A stretch of DNA of 64,000 nucleotides, from NCBI RefSeq assembly GCF_030013595.1, contig NZ_CP122768.1; one strand, given 5' to 3'. Source of the DNA: Escherichia coli. Lineage in GTDB: Bacteria > Pseudomonadota > Gammaproteobacteria > Enterobacterales > Enterobacteriaceae. Made by a program: the position numbers and the translations under genes. The number at the start of each line of letters is the position of its first letter. The first letter of the stretch is position 1. The notes beneath the pieces are model-generated. The model made no database searches and was not told where the DNA came from. It worked only from the letters and a program-made list of their open reading frames with translations. Shown here in pieces: positions 63,370 to 64,000 of the stretch.

Positions 63370-64000
63370 ATTTCCTCCACATCCACTGTCTAAAAATTAT
63401 GATGGTTTATTCAGGATATTCATTCCTTAAATGTTTCCAGCAAATTAATAGATTAAGCGAATAAATTATCCTTAGCATTCACTTTCATATCAGCATACTC
63501 CTGCTGCACAACAACTCCACTGCATGTGTCAGAAGGTTAGCATCAAATGATAACCTGGTGAAATAGCCTGGAGACATTTAAAATATCTACATTAAGTTGT
63601 TAGAAATACTTAATGAAAAACAGAATTCTCATTCATTTAATTTATAATTAACTGATATCCCTTCCAGTAGAATGCAAAATCACACAATCAATATTTACTC
63701 AATAAAATCTGATAGTTTTAACTTGTAAAAAATAAAAAACGCGCCCAGTTATCTTTTATCCTGATTCGTAAAGGCTAAACAATAAATTCATTATAGTGAT
63801 AATATTCATGTGATAATTTGTTTGCGGCGAGAGATAATTCGCTTTTTATCACCGAGCTTCTCCCGATAACCAGGATTAATCAGCGCAATTTTGATCTTAA
63901 CCTACCGCAAAACAACCGTGCTTCATGATACAAATGGATTCTCATTATCTGAACAATACGCAGCACGTCTATGACAAAGGGCGAGTTATGCAAACTGAGC

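Noticed and set aside
63370-64000. AT-rich region upstream of yjjQ with an apparent ATG (63988) for the divergent yjjP
   Set aside because: Only 13 nt of the putative yjjP start lie within the window, and the rest is a known-type AT-rich intergenic regulatory region. There is not enough sequence to support a feature call.

Overview
Escherichia coli chromosomal segment (deoDBAC, yjjI–yjjW–yjjV–yjjU–ytjA–osmY–prfC on one side; yjjG–rimI–holD–rsmC–three tRNA-Leu–yjjZ–fhuF–bglJ–yjjQ on the other) interrupted by a ~45.4 kb lambdoid prophage (about 12091–57450). The prophage sits in the 5' end of prfC: a 14-bp direct repeat (GGGTGAGAAATAAT) marks both junctions, the phage supplies a replacement prfC N-terminus, and the original prfC 5' end is stranded next to the integrase. 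Its tail module (Z-U-V-G/T-H-M-L-K-I-J-lom-stf-tfa) matches phage lambda as I recall it, while the head module is different (portal, ClpP-like protease fused to an HK97-type capsid protein). The most interesting cargo is a two-gene operon at the attR end encoding a multi-helix membrane protein translationally coupled to a reverse transcriptase with complete RT motifs, downstream of a LexA-box-controlled dinI-like pseudogene. I cannot assign it to a known retron or Abi/DRT family from sequence alone, so it is the best candidate for an undescribed defence system. Other cargo: an AIPR-like gene beside the integrase, an AT-rich two-gene moron with an A7-tract frameshift, an AraC-family regulator, an exported histidine-phosphatase-like protein, a phage tRNA-Gly(UCC) and a stand-alone LexA DNA-binding-domain protein. 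All calls rest on reading the ORF translations and the DNA by eye and on remembered reference sequences; no searches were run.
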